Part shown: piece by piece, positions 50,099 through 63,923 of the stretch
Position numbering within the stretch: position 1 is the stretch's first letter
Layout: the number at the start of each line of letters is the position of its first letter
From: Anthoceros angustus
Lineage: Eukaryota; Plantae; Anthocerotophyta
Reading direction: 5' to 3'
Assembly (NCBI GenBank): GCA_010909165.1
Contig: VJWM01000063.1
Span: 930,001-994,000, forward strand
Length of the DNA: 64,000 nt
The notes under the pieces: generated by a model
What the model was told of the DNA's origin: nothing
Database searches by the model: none
The model's input: only the letters and a program-made list of their open reading frames with translations
Position numbers and translations under genes: made by a program

Positions 50099-51124
50099 CG
50101 CCTTCTTCTCCCTTGGTTCTGCCGCCGCTTGAGGCTGGCACGTTGAGCCTCCTCGCGCGTTCGCTTCTCAGAGCCTCAGCGGTGAGCCGCGCGAGGCGTC
50201 AGTGTCCACGAGATACCGCCCGGGCGGGCTGCGGGCGCAAGAGATCGCGTGTCTCGAGGCCCGCGGCAGCCTTCTTCGCGACCACGCCGGGAGTAACGGC
50301 GGGGCGGGCGCCTCTTCCACGTGGCCTCAGTGCATGGCTTACTGCGGCTCTGCTGCAGCTTACTCGCGCCTTACTCCGCCCCGCGCGGCCAGGCGTGAAT
50401 ACACTGCCTCGGCCTCAGCAGTTACGGTCTGACCAGCGCATGCCGTCCTCCACTCGGGTCGTCCACGTGGCGTCGCCCGGTCCGTCCTTACGCTCCAACT
50501 TCTAAGTTACCTTCCTGGCGTACTTATCTGCACGGTCACAGGTGGGTCGGTCTTACCCTGCCGCCGCCGTGTCTCATCGTTCCTCACTCCGGTCGGTATA
50601 CTCCGAGTGCCGTCGAGTGCTAGCGCTTATTTCCTCCTTTTTAGCCTCGTTCTATCCTTCGCTCCACAAAAACAAAATCCTACCTCATTTCTAACCCCGA
50701 AGTCCGTAGTCCATGTAAATGCTAATCCACAAGAGGATGCATTGATTGCTTAACATGGAATTCTTGTAATAGGAAGCTGCCAAGAAGGGAGAGAGGATAA
50801 TACTACTTAAGGAGTGTCCAGGAGGCTAGTAAGGTCACTTGCTCCCACTATTATGTCTATTTTTGTCACATTAATCATAATTTGAATTAATATACAAAAT
50901 AAACAAATCATATTGTCTATATATGTGATATGGCCACATGTAAATTAATTGATTGCATTGAGTCTCTCCATATCCTATTGTCTATATATGTGATGTTGCC
51001 TAGGTGTAAATTTATTCGATTGAGTCTCGTGAAACTAGTTTGCCAATGAAACTAGTCCCCTTTCTTGTGCCTTTTCTCTCTTTCGCGTGATCCTCTCATT
51101 TTCGACAAGTCGTGATATCAACCA

Positions 51125-51503
51125 ATGCAAAGAGGTGTGGCTTACAGAGGCGGCGAATGGCGTGTGTGTAGTTAATGGCGATGGGAGCAACTCTCGCTAC
51201 CAATGCCGGGTTTGTAGTTAATAGCATGGCTTGAACTTGAAGCCGTTGCATCAATCCTCTAAGTAAGGAGGATGAAGGATGGCGGGAAGTAGTACGTGAG
51301 GCGATTTGCCCATGGAAATCGGAGAAGAAATGGAGCCCAAGGCTTAGTAAATGGTAACGGGTGCCAACTCAAAAGTGCGAGCAATGCTCCAAGGAATCGA
51401 GAAACATGGGCGATTGGAGGTCAATTTTTGGGGTAGCAAGTGGTAATGGGGCAACAAATGGTAATGCCTCTTATGATGGCAAGAGGAGAGTGAAGCACAC
51501 TTT
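51125..51503 (+). pseudogene. 5' fragment of the array gene, cut by a duplication junction
   Basis: ATGCAAAGAGG at 51125; ends at CACACTTT|CAAGAGATCGC where LTR sequence resumes. Confidence 0.55.
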
Positions 51504-51972
51504 CAAGAGATCGCGGTGTCTCGAGGCCGCGGTGAAATGACCTTCTTCGCGACCACGCCGGGGAATGCGGCGGGGGGCGCCTCTTCCACGTGGCCTCAGT
51601 GCATGGCTTACTCTGCGCTCTGCCAGCGTACTACGGCCTTCACGCGCGCGCGGGCGTGAATACACTATATACAGCAAGTTACAGTCTGACCATTGCATGC
51701 GTCCTCCACTCGGGTCGTCCACGTGGCGTCGCCCGGTCGTCCTACGCTCCAACTTCTAAGTTACCTTCCTGGCGTACTTATCACGCACGGTCACTGGAGT
51801 GGGTCGGTCTTGCATGGCGCCATCGTGGGTCTAAAATCGTTCCTCACTCGGTCGGGGTATACTCGGTGCCGTCCAGTGCTAATAGGGCTTATTTCCTCCT
51901 TTTTAGCCTCGTTCTATCCTTCGCTCCACAAAACAAAATCCTACCTCATTTTCTTGAAGTCGGTAGTCACCA
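51504..51972 (-). mobile_element. Duplicated terminal ~470 bp of the 5' LTR
   Basis: Matches 50238-50715 and is again followed by GCTAATCCACAAG, so the insertion junction itself is repeated. Confidence 0.88.
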
Positions 51973-52377
51973 GTGCTAATCCACAAGAGGATCACGAGAT
52001 TGCTTAACATGGAATTGCTTTGTAAGCTGCCAAGAAGGGAGAGAGGATAATACTACTTAAGTGTCAGGAGGCTAGTAAGGTCGGCTTGCTCCCACTATTA
52101 TGTCTATTTTTGTCACATTAATCATAATTTGAATTAATATACAAAATAAACAAATCATATTGTCTATATATGTGATATAATACATGTAAATTAATTGATT
52201 ATTGAGTCTCTCCATATCCTATTGTCTATATATATGTGATGTTGCCTAGGTGTAAATTTATTCGATTACTGCTTGAGTGCAGCCGTGAAACTAGTTTGCC
52301 AATGAAACTAGTCCCCTTTCTGCCTTTTCTCTCTCTTTCGTGATCCTCTCATTTTCGACAAGTCGTGATATCAACCA

Positions 52378-54161
52378 ATGCAAAGAGGTGTGACTTACGT
52401 AGGCGAATGGCGTGTGTGTAGTTAATGGCGATGGGAGCAACTCTCACTGCGCTACCAATGCAGTTTGTAGTTAATAGCATGGCTTGAACTTGAAGCCGTT
52501 GCATCAATCCTCTAAGTAGAGGATGAAGGATGGCAGAAGTAGTACGTGAGGCGATTTGCCCATGGAAATCGGAGAAGAAATGGAGCCCAAGGCTTAGTAA
52601 ATGGTAACGGGTGCCAACTCAAAAGTCACGACAATGCTCCAAGGAATCGAGAAACATGGGCGATTGGAGGCGGTCAATTTTTGGGGTAGCAAGTGGTAAT
52701 GGGGCAACAAATGGTAATGCCTCTTATGATGGCAAGAGGAGAGTGAAGCACACTTTCACTGGGTGATGGCTTGGAGGCCACGAGCGGTCACTCAAAAGTA
52801 CTTACACGGTGGTGAGTCTCCTTTGGATGAGCCCAAGGCCAAGGGTGCTCGCTTGTGGTGAAGGCGGTGTCAAAATTGTGTCCCTTCAAGAAACGAATGA
52901 TCTTTGAACTGCTCCACTCGGCCACTTAGAGTGGAACTTCATATAAGGATGCAGCACTTGCACTTCACGTTCAAGTGAGGCCTCCATCTTTAGTAGTAAG
53001 CTAAAGGACACGGATAGCGAGCCTCTTCCACATCAACAGTGAAAGTGCTAATGTGGTGAAGAATGTAAGTCGATGATGAGGCGGGACGTCATGACAAAGT
53101 GAGCAGAGAAAAAATGTCATTGTTCATGGGAAGAGGTGGGCCGATGTGGGCGACCTCCACATGTTAGGGAGAGAATTATGAATGGAATCTCCAACAAGGT
53201 TGTTCGGGCTAGTGAAAATGGTCACAAGACAAAGCAAAGTAATGGAGTGGACGGCATAGCCACAAACATAATGGAGTGTTCAAGGGGTTTGCGAAAATGA
53301 AGGGTGGATCCAAGGCACGTGAGAGAAGAAGCAAATGCCCAAAGTGGGCGGATCTCCGCCAAGGTCTATGATAATGGTCAAGCACACAGGCTTGCAAGCG
53401 GTCATAGTGACGATGTGTATCGGGCAATTGAGGCGACTTCTATGGTGAAGGAGTTGTCCAAAATGGTGGCATGGCCTCATAGTGGATAGTAATGGTCATC
53501 ATGTCATTGAGGCGAGCATGAGCCATGCATCTACCCCAAGCAGGCTGCGACAAGCAGTGGTGAGTGGAATATCACGTTTGGTACTATAGCTGAATGTGAC
53601 ATAAAGGCATTAGTTGAGAATACAAGTTCGGGGAGATGGTGAAAGGAGTTATAGCCCTAAAGCCATCGGTGAAAGTAAGGAACATGTTAAACCTTCCGCA
53701 GATTGGTTCAAATAGTATAAAGCGATGATGAGGGGCAATTTCTTGCAAAGGCAATTCCGAGATAGTGGGGCAGCCACATTTCTAAGCAGTTGTGAGAAGG
53801 AGGAGACATATATACCTCGAGAGATATCTTGGTGCGATCAAGCATGGAGAAGCTGAAAATAGTCAACCAGATCGCCTAACGTCATGCGACAATAAAACTT
53901 TATGCTTGGCTCTACCTTTCACTCCTCCATGGTGACTCCTGGCCGAGCTTTCCCGCCATGTGACAAGCAGTTACTCCCGGTGCAAGGTGGCCTTGCTCCT
54001 CCCAATCAGCCACCTCGGTCTCTGGGAGCCCCTCTTTTCTCAAGTGTTCAGCTAGTGGTGGTGTCGACAAGGCAAGGGTCTTGGACGGGAAGAGGGTGAT
54101 CATGAACCCTAACGCCATGGAATACATCCCAAGGTCAAAGAGGCCCTTGTTGTCCCTTTAA
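52378..54161 (+). CDS. Array gene copy 6
   Basis: Same start and stop context; frameshifted. Confidence 0.55.
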
Positions 54162-57100
54162 GGATGCTGGGAATTGGTGAGGCAGCATAACCGCGGCAGA
54201 AGGTGTTGGAGCAGAATGATGGCAAAGATCTCCAGTAGGAATTCCACATCGTACAAAGATCCATTCGCCATGTTTAACAGATTATTAGAGAGTGCAATGT
54301 TTGACAGATTATTAGAAAGTTTGCGCAATGTTTGACAGATCATTAGAAAGTTTGTGCAATGTTTGATGATCATTAGAAAGTTTGTGCAATGTTTGGCGAT
54401 TATTAGAAAGTGCAATGTTGTGATTATTAGAAAGTGCAGCGTTGCATTATTGGTCTCAAGCTAACAAACATCTTCTCGACGCGATTAAAAGATAAAAACA
54501 CCCACCAAGCACAACACGAGGCTCCCGGTAGCACAATAATAACACTCACCAAACACAATACGAGATCCCAAGTAGCACAATATTAGCCCCAAGTAGTTAA
54601 TCGTTTCTTCTTTCTCTTTTAAGAAATGATGGCGGATTTTATCTCGAAATCCTAAATACCCAAAACTTCTCATGACTTGACAACGGCCTGCGATTTATCC
54701 GTCTTTGAAATACATACTCAAAAGGCCCCATCTACCTATACATCGATACTGCAGTGAAGGCCTAACCCACGTATGGTACTGCCAAACCTCCTTTCAAGCC
54801 TAACCATTGCACCTTTTTGTGCTAGAGACGTGCTATGGTTTGGGTTTTGTATGGCAAAATCATGTGCGTGTTGAGCAAAAATCTTGGGTACAAAAAGGTA
54901 TCCAACTCAATGGAACGAAGAGACTGCTGCGATGATATACCATGTGATACTAAGTGCTCCAATTGGGAACCATGCCAAGACTTGTGACATTAGTTCCTAC
55001 CCATCTTGGAACCATGCCAGGCCATGTTACAATTTAAGGGGCATAATTAGTAATTATGACCAAGTGCATAACAAGGCCTAATTGTTTTAGTAGTGTGAAA
55101 GAAACATCAAGGGTAAAAGCGTTACTTTCTTCCATGTTGTGATGAACCTACACCAAAGCGTTTAAGCGTGTTTGGGTATCTACTTGTTTTAAAATATTTA
55201 CAAGGATATTTATTTACTATTTATCCTATTTTCCAATTATAAACAATAGAGCAAGGTGCTCCAAGCCAAATGCAATTTTTCTCATCTCAATGCAATAATA
55301 GATGAAAACAATGAGCTATTAGAAACACCCTAGTTTTGTTTTCCAACAAAACACCCTTCCATGCATGTTTTAGTGAATTCATTCTAAACCTAAACTCACA
55401 TAGCAACACACCACCATATGCGTAGATTGAGCTTCCACAAAATATGCCACTACTCGTGTTGATAACAAAAAAGGAACATGGAGGGATCTCAATATCAAGG
55501 TATGGTGTACCGTTCTCATCATGAGTTTTATGGTGGTTCACGTAAAATGTTTTCCGCGACATACGACGGAAAGCTTGTATGTCACACACTTGGTGACATC
55601 GGCCACGCAGCCATCGCGTGTATTGTTGTCGGTAGGTGTGTGATCGCACATCTTTATGCATAGAAGATGCCAAGGATTGATCGTCTGTCTGAGGAAAATA
55701 ATGTTGACACACACAACTCACGCCATGATGAGATTGGTACGCCATACCGAGGTGCTTTACAACATCGGAAACGGGCTTACAATTGACGCAATAACCATAC
55801 ACACATCAGAACTAGAGGCCTCCTATGTCTGTCGCGACTGCTGTTGGGAGGCCACACATTGTGGTCCCATGGGCCATAAACAGCCACAACCTGCCGTTAG
55901 GCCTCTCAGGGTGGGTTCACACCGGACCCTCATGTCAAGAGCCGTACTAGGACTTGGTCTAAACCATGTCATGGTGGCCATTTACGCCGCTTCACACGGA
56001 CTTGGCCTAAACCATGTCATGGTGGCCATTTGCGATCCTGGTTTCACACGAGCGGTGTGGGCCACCACTTTCACTTATTGATAAATAAAGTGAAATGTCT
56101 TAGGCAAGAGGAGGTGAAAAGGACCCTTCCTTCGCACCAACACATTCATACCATCTTCTAGAGTCATTATATTTTGTCTTCCACCCGCTCTTGTGCGGCC
56201 TTCTCTAGTTTGAGTTTATTTTAGGTTGTTAGATTTTCTATTTTAAATACATTTTATCATGTTATCCAAGATGGATCCACATACTAGGCATTTATGGATG
56301 TGTTTATTATTGGGCTTATGTTATATATTACTTTGGAGCTTTGGGTACACATCATCCATGTGAATGGATTTGTTTTCGCACATCCATTATGATCGAGTCC
56401 GTGCTTTCTTGAGTGATCTCCATAATGCTTCATTAGAGATTTAGCATTCGGATCCAAGACGCATTCAATTCAAGATGGATGCGGTAGCGGGGCATGAAGA
56501 TGCCCGAACACATTCGTCCACTCGAGCAAGCAGTCAGGCAATCCAGCTCTATCTCCTCATAATCCTATGCCATGCCTCCATCAATTCGGTAGGCCACACA
56601 ACTCATACCTTCAAACCGCTAGATCGATGGGGCGTGGAACCCTAAAGTGTGTGGGAGCAAGGAGGCATGGAGCCGGCACCAGAGCATGGTAACTCGAGCG
56701 AAAGAAGAAAAGTGCGGTTCGTAAGGTGCAAATTTGAATTGCAGACAACGCATTGCGCATGCCCTAGTGTTGTGCACAATGCAATGATGCGCCACTAATC
56801 TCTACTCAATGTGAAGACATCTCACATCTAGATCTCACTCAACCATGGGCTGTCCGTGGCTTGAAGGTGCTTGCCACCGCTAGGATGCCGATTCTCTATT
56901 TCATTAACCTACAAGAGTGTTTTCTAACTCTTCATAAAGTAATACCTTCTTGGACCAGGTCCCATTAAGCCTATTTTAATTTGTTTATTATGAAAGTGAT
57001 TTTACTCCTTCATATCGGGATGGTCATATTTGTAAAAATAGCTTATATTTATAATGTATATCTACTATGATTTACACTTTCTTGTGATGCCAAAATTTAT

Positions 57101-58482
57101 ATATGCGTAAAATCATGTTTCCATCAATAGCTCCTAGGTTGATATATGTAATTTTGGCCATGAAACCACGAAATCATAGATTTAGAGGGTTTTTCGTCCA
57201 GATCCAAGACGTTTTTACACCCTTCAAAGTAGTGACTAGTAGCCATCACTATTCCTAAGGAGACCTTGTTCGATGAGAAGGGAAAAGGAAGCTGCGGGCA
57301 CCAATCGTTTGCTGCATTACCTTCTCACTCTGACATATGCTTGCAAGCTAATAATCAAGGTGAGGCCCATACCACAGTGACTTGCTAATTACAGCATATT
57401 GCTCTCTCAAGATGGGAAATGCTAATCCACAAGAGGGATGCAGATTGCTTAACATGGAATTGCTGTAAAAGGAAGCTGCCAAGAAGGGGAGAGAGGATAA
57501 TACTACTTAAGGAGCTGTCCGGGCTTGAAGGTGCTTGCCACCGCTATGATGCCGATTCTCTATTTCATTAACCTACAACGGTCTTTTCTAACTCTTCATA
57601 AAGTAATATCTTCTTCGGACACAGAGCAGCGCCCGTTAAGCCTATTTTAATTTGTTTATTATGAAAGTGATTTTACTCCTTCATATCAGGATGGTCATAT
57701 TTGTAAAAATAGCTTATATTTATAATGTATATCTACTATGATTTACACTTTCTTGTGATGCCAAAATTTATATATGCGTAAAATCATGTTTCCATCAATA
57801 GCTCCTAGGTTGATATATGTAATTTTGGCCATGAAACCACGAAATCATAGATTTAGAGGGTTTTCATTTAGATCCAAGACGCTTTTACACCCTTCAAAGT
57901 AGTGACTAGGAGCCATCACTATTCCTAAGGAGACCTTGTTCGATGAGAAGGGAAAAGGAAGGCACCAACCGCTTGTCATTACCTTCTCACTCGACATATG
58001 CTTGCAAGCCTATAATCAAGGTGAGGCCCATACCACGGTGACTGCTAATTACAAAGATATTGCTCTCTCAAGATGGGAAATGCTAATCCACAAGAGGGAT
58101 GCATTGCTTAACATGGAATTGCTGTAATAGGAAGTCGCCAAGAAGGGAGAGAGGATAATACTACTTAAGGAGCGTCCGGAGGGCTAGTAAGGTCACTTGC
58201 TCCCACTATTATGTCTATTTTTGTCACATTAATCATAATTTGAATTAATATACAAAAATAAATAAATCATATTGTCTATATATGTGATATGGCCACATGT
58301 AAATTAATTGATTGCATTGAGTCTCTCCATATCCTATTGTCTATATATGTGATGTTGCCTAGGTGTAAATTTATTCAGTAATCGAGTCTCGTGAAACTAG
58401 TTTGCCAATGAAACTAGTCCCCTTTGCCTTTTCTCTCTTCGTGATCCTCTCATTTTTCGACAAGTCGTGATATCATTAACCA

Positions 58483-60312
58483 ATGCAAAGAGGTGTGGCC
58501 GTAGGCGAATGGCGTGTGTGTAGTTAATGGCGATGGGAGCAACTCTGCTGCTACCAATGCCGGGTTTGTAGTTAATAGCATGGCTTCGAACTTGAAGCCG
58601 TTGCATCAATCCTCTAAGTCGTAAGGAGGATGAAGGATGGCGGGAAGTAGTACGTGAGGCGATTTGCCCATGGAAATCGGAGAAGAAATGGAGCCCAAGG
58701 CTTAGTAATGGTAACGGGTGCCAACTCAAAGTGCGAGCAATGCTCCAAGGAATCGAGAAACATGGGCGATTGAGGCGGTCAATTTTTGGGGTAGCAAGTG
58801 GTAATGGGGCAACAAATGGTAATGCCTCTTATGATGGCAAGAGGAGAGTGAAGCCGCTTTCAGCAGACTGGGTCAAGAAGCTTGAGGCCCCGAGAAGCGG
58901 TCACACTCAAAAGTACTTACACGGTGGTGAGTCTCCTTTGGATGAGCCCAAGGCCAAGGGTGCTACCGTGGTGAGTCTCCTTTGGATGAGCCCAAGGCCA
59001 AGGGTGCTACCGTGGTGAAGACGGTGTCAAAATTGTGTCCCTTCAAGAAACCGAATGATCGAACCGCCCACCGCCACTTAGAGCTGGAACTTCATATAAG
59101 GATGCAGCACTTGCACTTCACGTTCAAGTGAGGCCTCCGCATCTTGTAAAGCTAAAGGACACGGATAGCGAGCCTCTTCCACATCAACAGTGAAAGTGCT
59201 AATGTGGTGAAGAATGTAAGTCGGGATGAGGCGGGACGTCATGACAAAGTGAACGCAGAGAAAAAATGTCATTGTTCATGGGAAGAGGTGGGCCGATGTG
59301 GGCGACAAACCTCCCTGTTAGGAGAGAATTATGAATGGAATCTCCAACAAGGTTGTTCGCTAGTGAAAATGGTCACAAGACAAAGCAAAGTAATGGAGTG
59401 GACCGGCATAGCCACAAACATAATGGAGTGTTCAAGGGTTTGCGAAAATGAAGGGTGGATCCAAGGCACGTGAAGAGAAGAAGCAAATGCCCAAAGTGGG
59501 CGGATCTCCGCCAAGGTCTATGATAATGGTCAAGCACCGGGCTTGCAAAGTCATAGTGACGATGTGTATCGGGCAATTGAGAGCTTCTATGGTGAAGGGA
59601 GTTGTCCAAAATGGTGGCATGGCCTCATAGTGGATAGTAATGGTCATCATGTCATTGAGGCGAGCATGAGCCATGCATCTACCCCAAGCAGGTGCGACAA
59701 GCAACGATGGTGAGTGGAATATCACGTTTGGTACTATAGTGAATGTGACATAAAGGCATTAGTTGAGAATACAAGTTCGGAGATGGTGAAAGGAGTTATA
59801 GCCCTAAAGCCATCGGTGAAAGTAAGGAACATGTTAAACCTTCCAGATTGGTTCAAATAGTATAAACGATGATGAGGGGCAATTTCTTGCAAAGGCAATT
59901 CCAGATAGTGGGGCAGCCACATTTACAGATTTGTGAAGGAGGAGACATATATACCTCGAGAGATATCTTGGTGCGATCAAGCTGTGGAGGAAGCTGAAAA
60001 TAGTCAACGAGGCGCACCTAACCGTCATGCGACAATAAAACTTTATGCTTGGCTCTACCTTTCACTCCTCCATCGGTGACTCCTATTCTAAGACCGGCTT
60101 TCCCGCCATGTGACAAGTTACTCCCAGTGCAAGGTGGCCTTGCTCCTCCCAATCAGCCACCTCGGTCTCGATCGCGGCTTGACCCCTCTTTCTCAAGTGT
60201 TCAGCTAGTGGTGGTGTCGACAAGGCAAGGGTCTTGACGGAAGAGGGTGATCATGAACCCTAACGCCATGGAATACATCCCAAGGTCAAAGAGGCCCTTG
60301 TTGTCCCTTTAA
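58483..60312 (+). CDS. Array gene copy 7 (44 bp internal duplication)
   Basis: Same start and stop context; frameshifted. Confidence 0.55.
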
Positions 60313-63300
60313 GGATGCTGGAATTGGTGAGCATAAGAAGGTGTTGGAGCAGAATGATGGCAAAGATCTCGAGGAATTCCACATCGTACAAAGATCCATT
60401 CGCCATGTTTATGATTATTAGAGAGTGCAATGTTTGATTATTAGAAAGTTTGCGCAATGTTTGATCATTAGAAAGTTTGTGCAATGTTGTGAGATCATTA
60501 GAAAGTTTGTGCAATGTTTGGCGATTATTAGAAAGTGCAATGTTTGATGATTATTAGAAAGTGCAGACGTTGCATTGTGGTCTCCAAGCTAACAAACATC
60601 TTCTCGACGCGATTAAAAGATAAAACACCACCAAGCACAACACGAGGCTCCTGTAGCACAATAATAACACTCACCAAACACAATACGAGATCCCAAGTAG
60701 CACAATATTAGCCCCAAGTAGTTCGTCGTTTCTTCTTTCTCTTTTAAGAAATGGCGGATTTTATCTCGAAATCCTAAATACCCAAAACTTCTCATGACTT
60801 GACAACGGCCTGCGATTTATCCGTCTTTGAAATACATACTCAAAAGGCCCCATCTACCTATACATCGATACCGCAGTGAAGGCCTAACCCACGTGTATGT
60901 GTGCCAAGCCTCCGCTTTCAACGCCTAACCATTGCACCTTTTTGTGCTAGAGGCGTGCTATGGTTTGGGTTTTGTATGGCAAAATCATGTGCGTGTTGAG
61001 CAAAAATCTTGGGTACAAAAAGGTATCCAACTCAATGGAACGAAGAGACTGCGATGATATACCATGTGATACTAAGTGCTCCAATTCGGGAACCATGCCA
61101 AGACTTGTGACATTAGTTCCTACCCATCTTGGAACCATGCAGCCATGTTACAATTTAAGGGGCATAATTAGTAATTATGACCAAGTGCATAACAAGGCCT
61201 AATTGTTTTAGTAGTGTGAAAGAAACATCAAGGGTACGTAAACGTTACTTTCTTCCATGTTGTGATGAACCTACACCAAAACGCGTTTAAGCGTGTTTGG
61301 GTATCTACTTGTTTTAAAATATTTACAAGGATATTTATTTACTATTTATCCTATTTTCCAATTATAAACAATAGAGCAAGGTGCTCCAAGCCAAATGCAA
61401 TTTTTCTCATCTCAATGCAATAATAGATGAAAACAATGAGCTATTAGAAACACCCTAGTTTTGTTTTCCAACAAACCCTTCCATGCATGTTTTAGTGAAT
61501 TCATTCTAAACCTAAACTCACATAGCAACACACCACCATATGCGAGATTGAGCTTCCACAAAATATGCCACTACTCGGTAGCGGTTGATAACAAAAAGGA
61601 ACATGGAGGGATCTCAATATCAAGGTATGGTGTACCGTTCTCATCACCGGTTTTATGGTGGTTCACGTGAAATGTTTTCCGCGACATACGACGGAAAGCT
61701 TGTATGTCACACACTTGGTGACATCGCCACGCAGCATCCCGCGTGTATTGTTGTCGGTAGGTGTGATACGCATCTTTATGCATAGAAGATGCCGATTGAT
61801 GCGTCTGAGGAAAATAATGTTGACACACACAACTCACGCCATGATGAGATTGGTACGCCATACCGAGGTGCTTCACAACATCGGAAACGGGTTTACAATT
61901 GACCCAATAACCATACACACATCGAACTAGAGGCCTCCTATGTCATCGCTGTTGGGAGGCCACACATTGTGGTCCCATGGGCCATAAGCACAACCTGCGG
62001 TTAGGCCTCTAAGGGTGGGTTCACACCGACCCTCATGTCAAGAGCCGTACTAGGACTTGGTCTAAACCATGTCATGGTGGCCATTCTGATCCTCGCCGCT
62101 TCACACGGACTTGGCCTAAACCATGTCATGGTGGCCATTTGCGATCCCCGGTTTCACAGAAGGCGGTGTGGGCCACCTTACTTTCACTTATTGATAAATA
62201 AAGTGAAATGTCTTAGGCAAGAGAAGGTGAAAAGGACCCCTTCCTTCGCACCAACACATTCATACCATCTTCTAGAGTCATTATATTTTTGTCTTCCACC
62301 CGCTCTTGTGCGGCCTTCTCTAGTTTGAGTTTATTTTAGGTTGTTAGATTTTCTATTTAAATACATTTTATCATGTTATCCAAGATGGATCCACATACTA
62401 GGCATTTATGGATGTGTTTATTATTGGGCTTATGTTATATATTACTTTGGAGCTTTGGAGTACACATCATCCATGTGAATGGATTTGTTTTCGCACATCC
62501 ATTATGATCGAGTCCGTGTACTTTCTTGAGTGATCTCCATAATGCTTCATTAGAGATTTAGCATTCGGATCCAAGACGCATTAATTCAAGATGGATGCAG
62601 CGGACGCATGAAGATGCCCGAACACATTCGTCCACTCGAGCAGTCAGGCAATCCAGCTCTATCTCCTCATAATCCTATGCCATGCCTCCATCAATTCGGT
62701 AGGCCACACAACTCATACCTTCAAACCGCTAGATCGATGGGGCGTGGAACCCTAAAGTGTGTGGGAGCAAGGAGGCATGGAGCCGGCACCAGAGCATGGT
62801 AACTCGGCGAAAGAAGAAAAGTGCGGTTCGTAAGGTCTGCAAATTTGAATTGCATAACGCATTGCATGCCCTAGTGTTGTGCACAATGCAATGATGCGCC
62901 ACTAATCTCTACTCAATGTGAAGACATCTCACATCTAGATCTCACTCAACCATGGGCTGTCCGGTGGCTTGAAGGTGCTTGCCACCGCTAGGATGCCGAT
63001 TCTCTATTTCATTAACCTACAAGAGTGTTTTCTAACTCTTCATAAAGTAATACCTTCTTGGACAGGCGCCCATTAAGCCTATTTTAATTTGTTTATTATG
63101 AAAGTGATTTTACTCCTTCATATCGGGATGGTCATATTTGTAAAAGTAGCTTATATTTATAATGTATATCTACTATGATTTAGACTTTCTTGTGATGCCA
63201 AAATTTATATATCGTAAAATAATGTTTCCATCAATAGCTCCTAGGTTGATATATGTAATTTTGGCCATGAAACCACGAAATTATGGATTTAGAGGGTTTT

Positions 63301-63923
63301 CATTTAGATCCAAGACGCGTTTTACACCCTTCAAAGTAGTGACTAGGAGCCATCACTATTCCTAAGGAGACCTTGTTCGATGAGAAGGGAAAAGGCGTGG
63401 GCACCAACCGCTTTCTTTGCATTACCTTCTCACTCGACATATGCTTGCAAGCCTATAATCAAGGTGAGGCCCATACCACGTTGACCGCTAATTACAGATA
63501 TTGCTCTCTCAAGATGGGAAATGCTAATCCACAAGAGGGATGCGATTGCTTAACATGGAATTGTAATAGGAAGCTGCCAAGAAGGAGAGAGGATAATACT
63601 ACTTAAGGAGTCATCAGGGCTAGTAAGGTCACTTGCTCCCACTATTATGTCTATTTTTGTCACATTAATCATAATTTGAATTAATATACAAAATAAACAA
63701 ATCATATTGTCTATATATGTGATATGGCCACATGTAAATTAATTCGATGCATTGAGTCTCTCCATATCCTATTGTCTATATATGTGATGTTGCCTAGGTG
63801 TAAATTTATTCAAATCGAGTCTCTCGTGAAACTAGTTTGCCAATGAAACTAGTCCCCTTTGTGCCTTTTTCTCTCTTTCGCGTGATCCTCTCATTTTTCG
63901 ACAAGTCGTGATATCACCAACCA

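Larger units (their letters stand above)
35155..50715 (-). mobile_element. Full-length Ty3/Gypsy LTR retrotransposon, non-chromovirus (Athila/Tat-related), with very long LTRs
   Basis: Two long direct repeats with TG...CA termini; PBS next to the right LTR and PPT next to the left LTR; minus-strand domain order gag-PR-RT-RH-INT. It interrupts the array unit at GGGAAAT|GCTAATCC. Confidence 0.95.
45679..50715 (-). repeat. 5' LTR (~5.04 kb including a ~610 bp internal duplication)
   Basis: On the + strand it begins TGTGACTTTCGTGATGG and ends CCCCGAAGTCCGTAGTCCA; colinear with the left LTR. Confidence 0.93.

Noticed and set aside
35155-50715. Old, degenerate element judged from LTR divergence and frameshifts
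   Set aside because: It sits in one unit of a homogeneous array with termini, PBS and PPT intact, and differences are indels at CG-rich sites, which suggests sequencing error rather than age.
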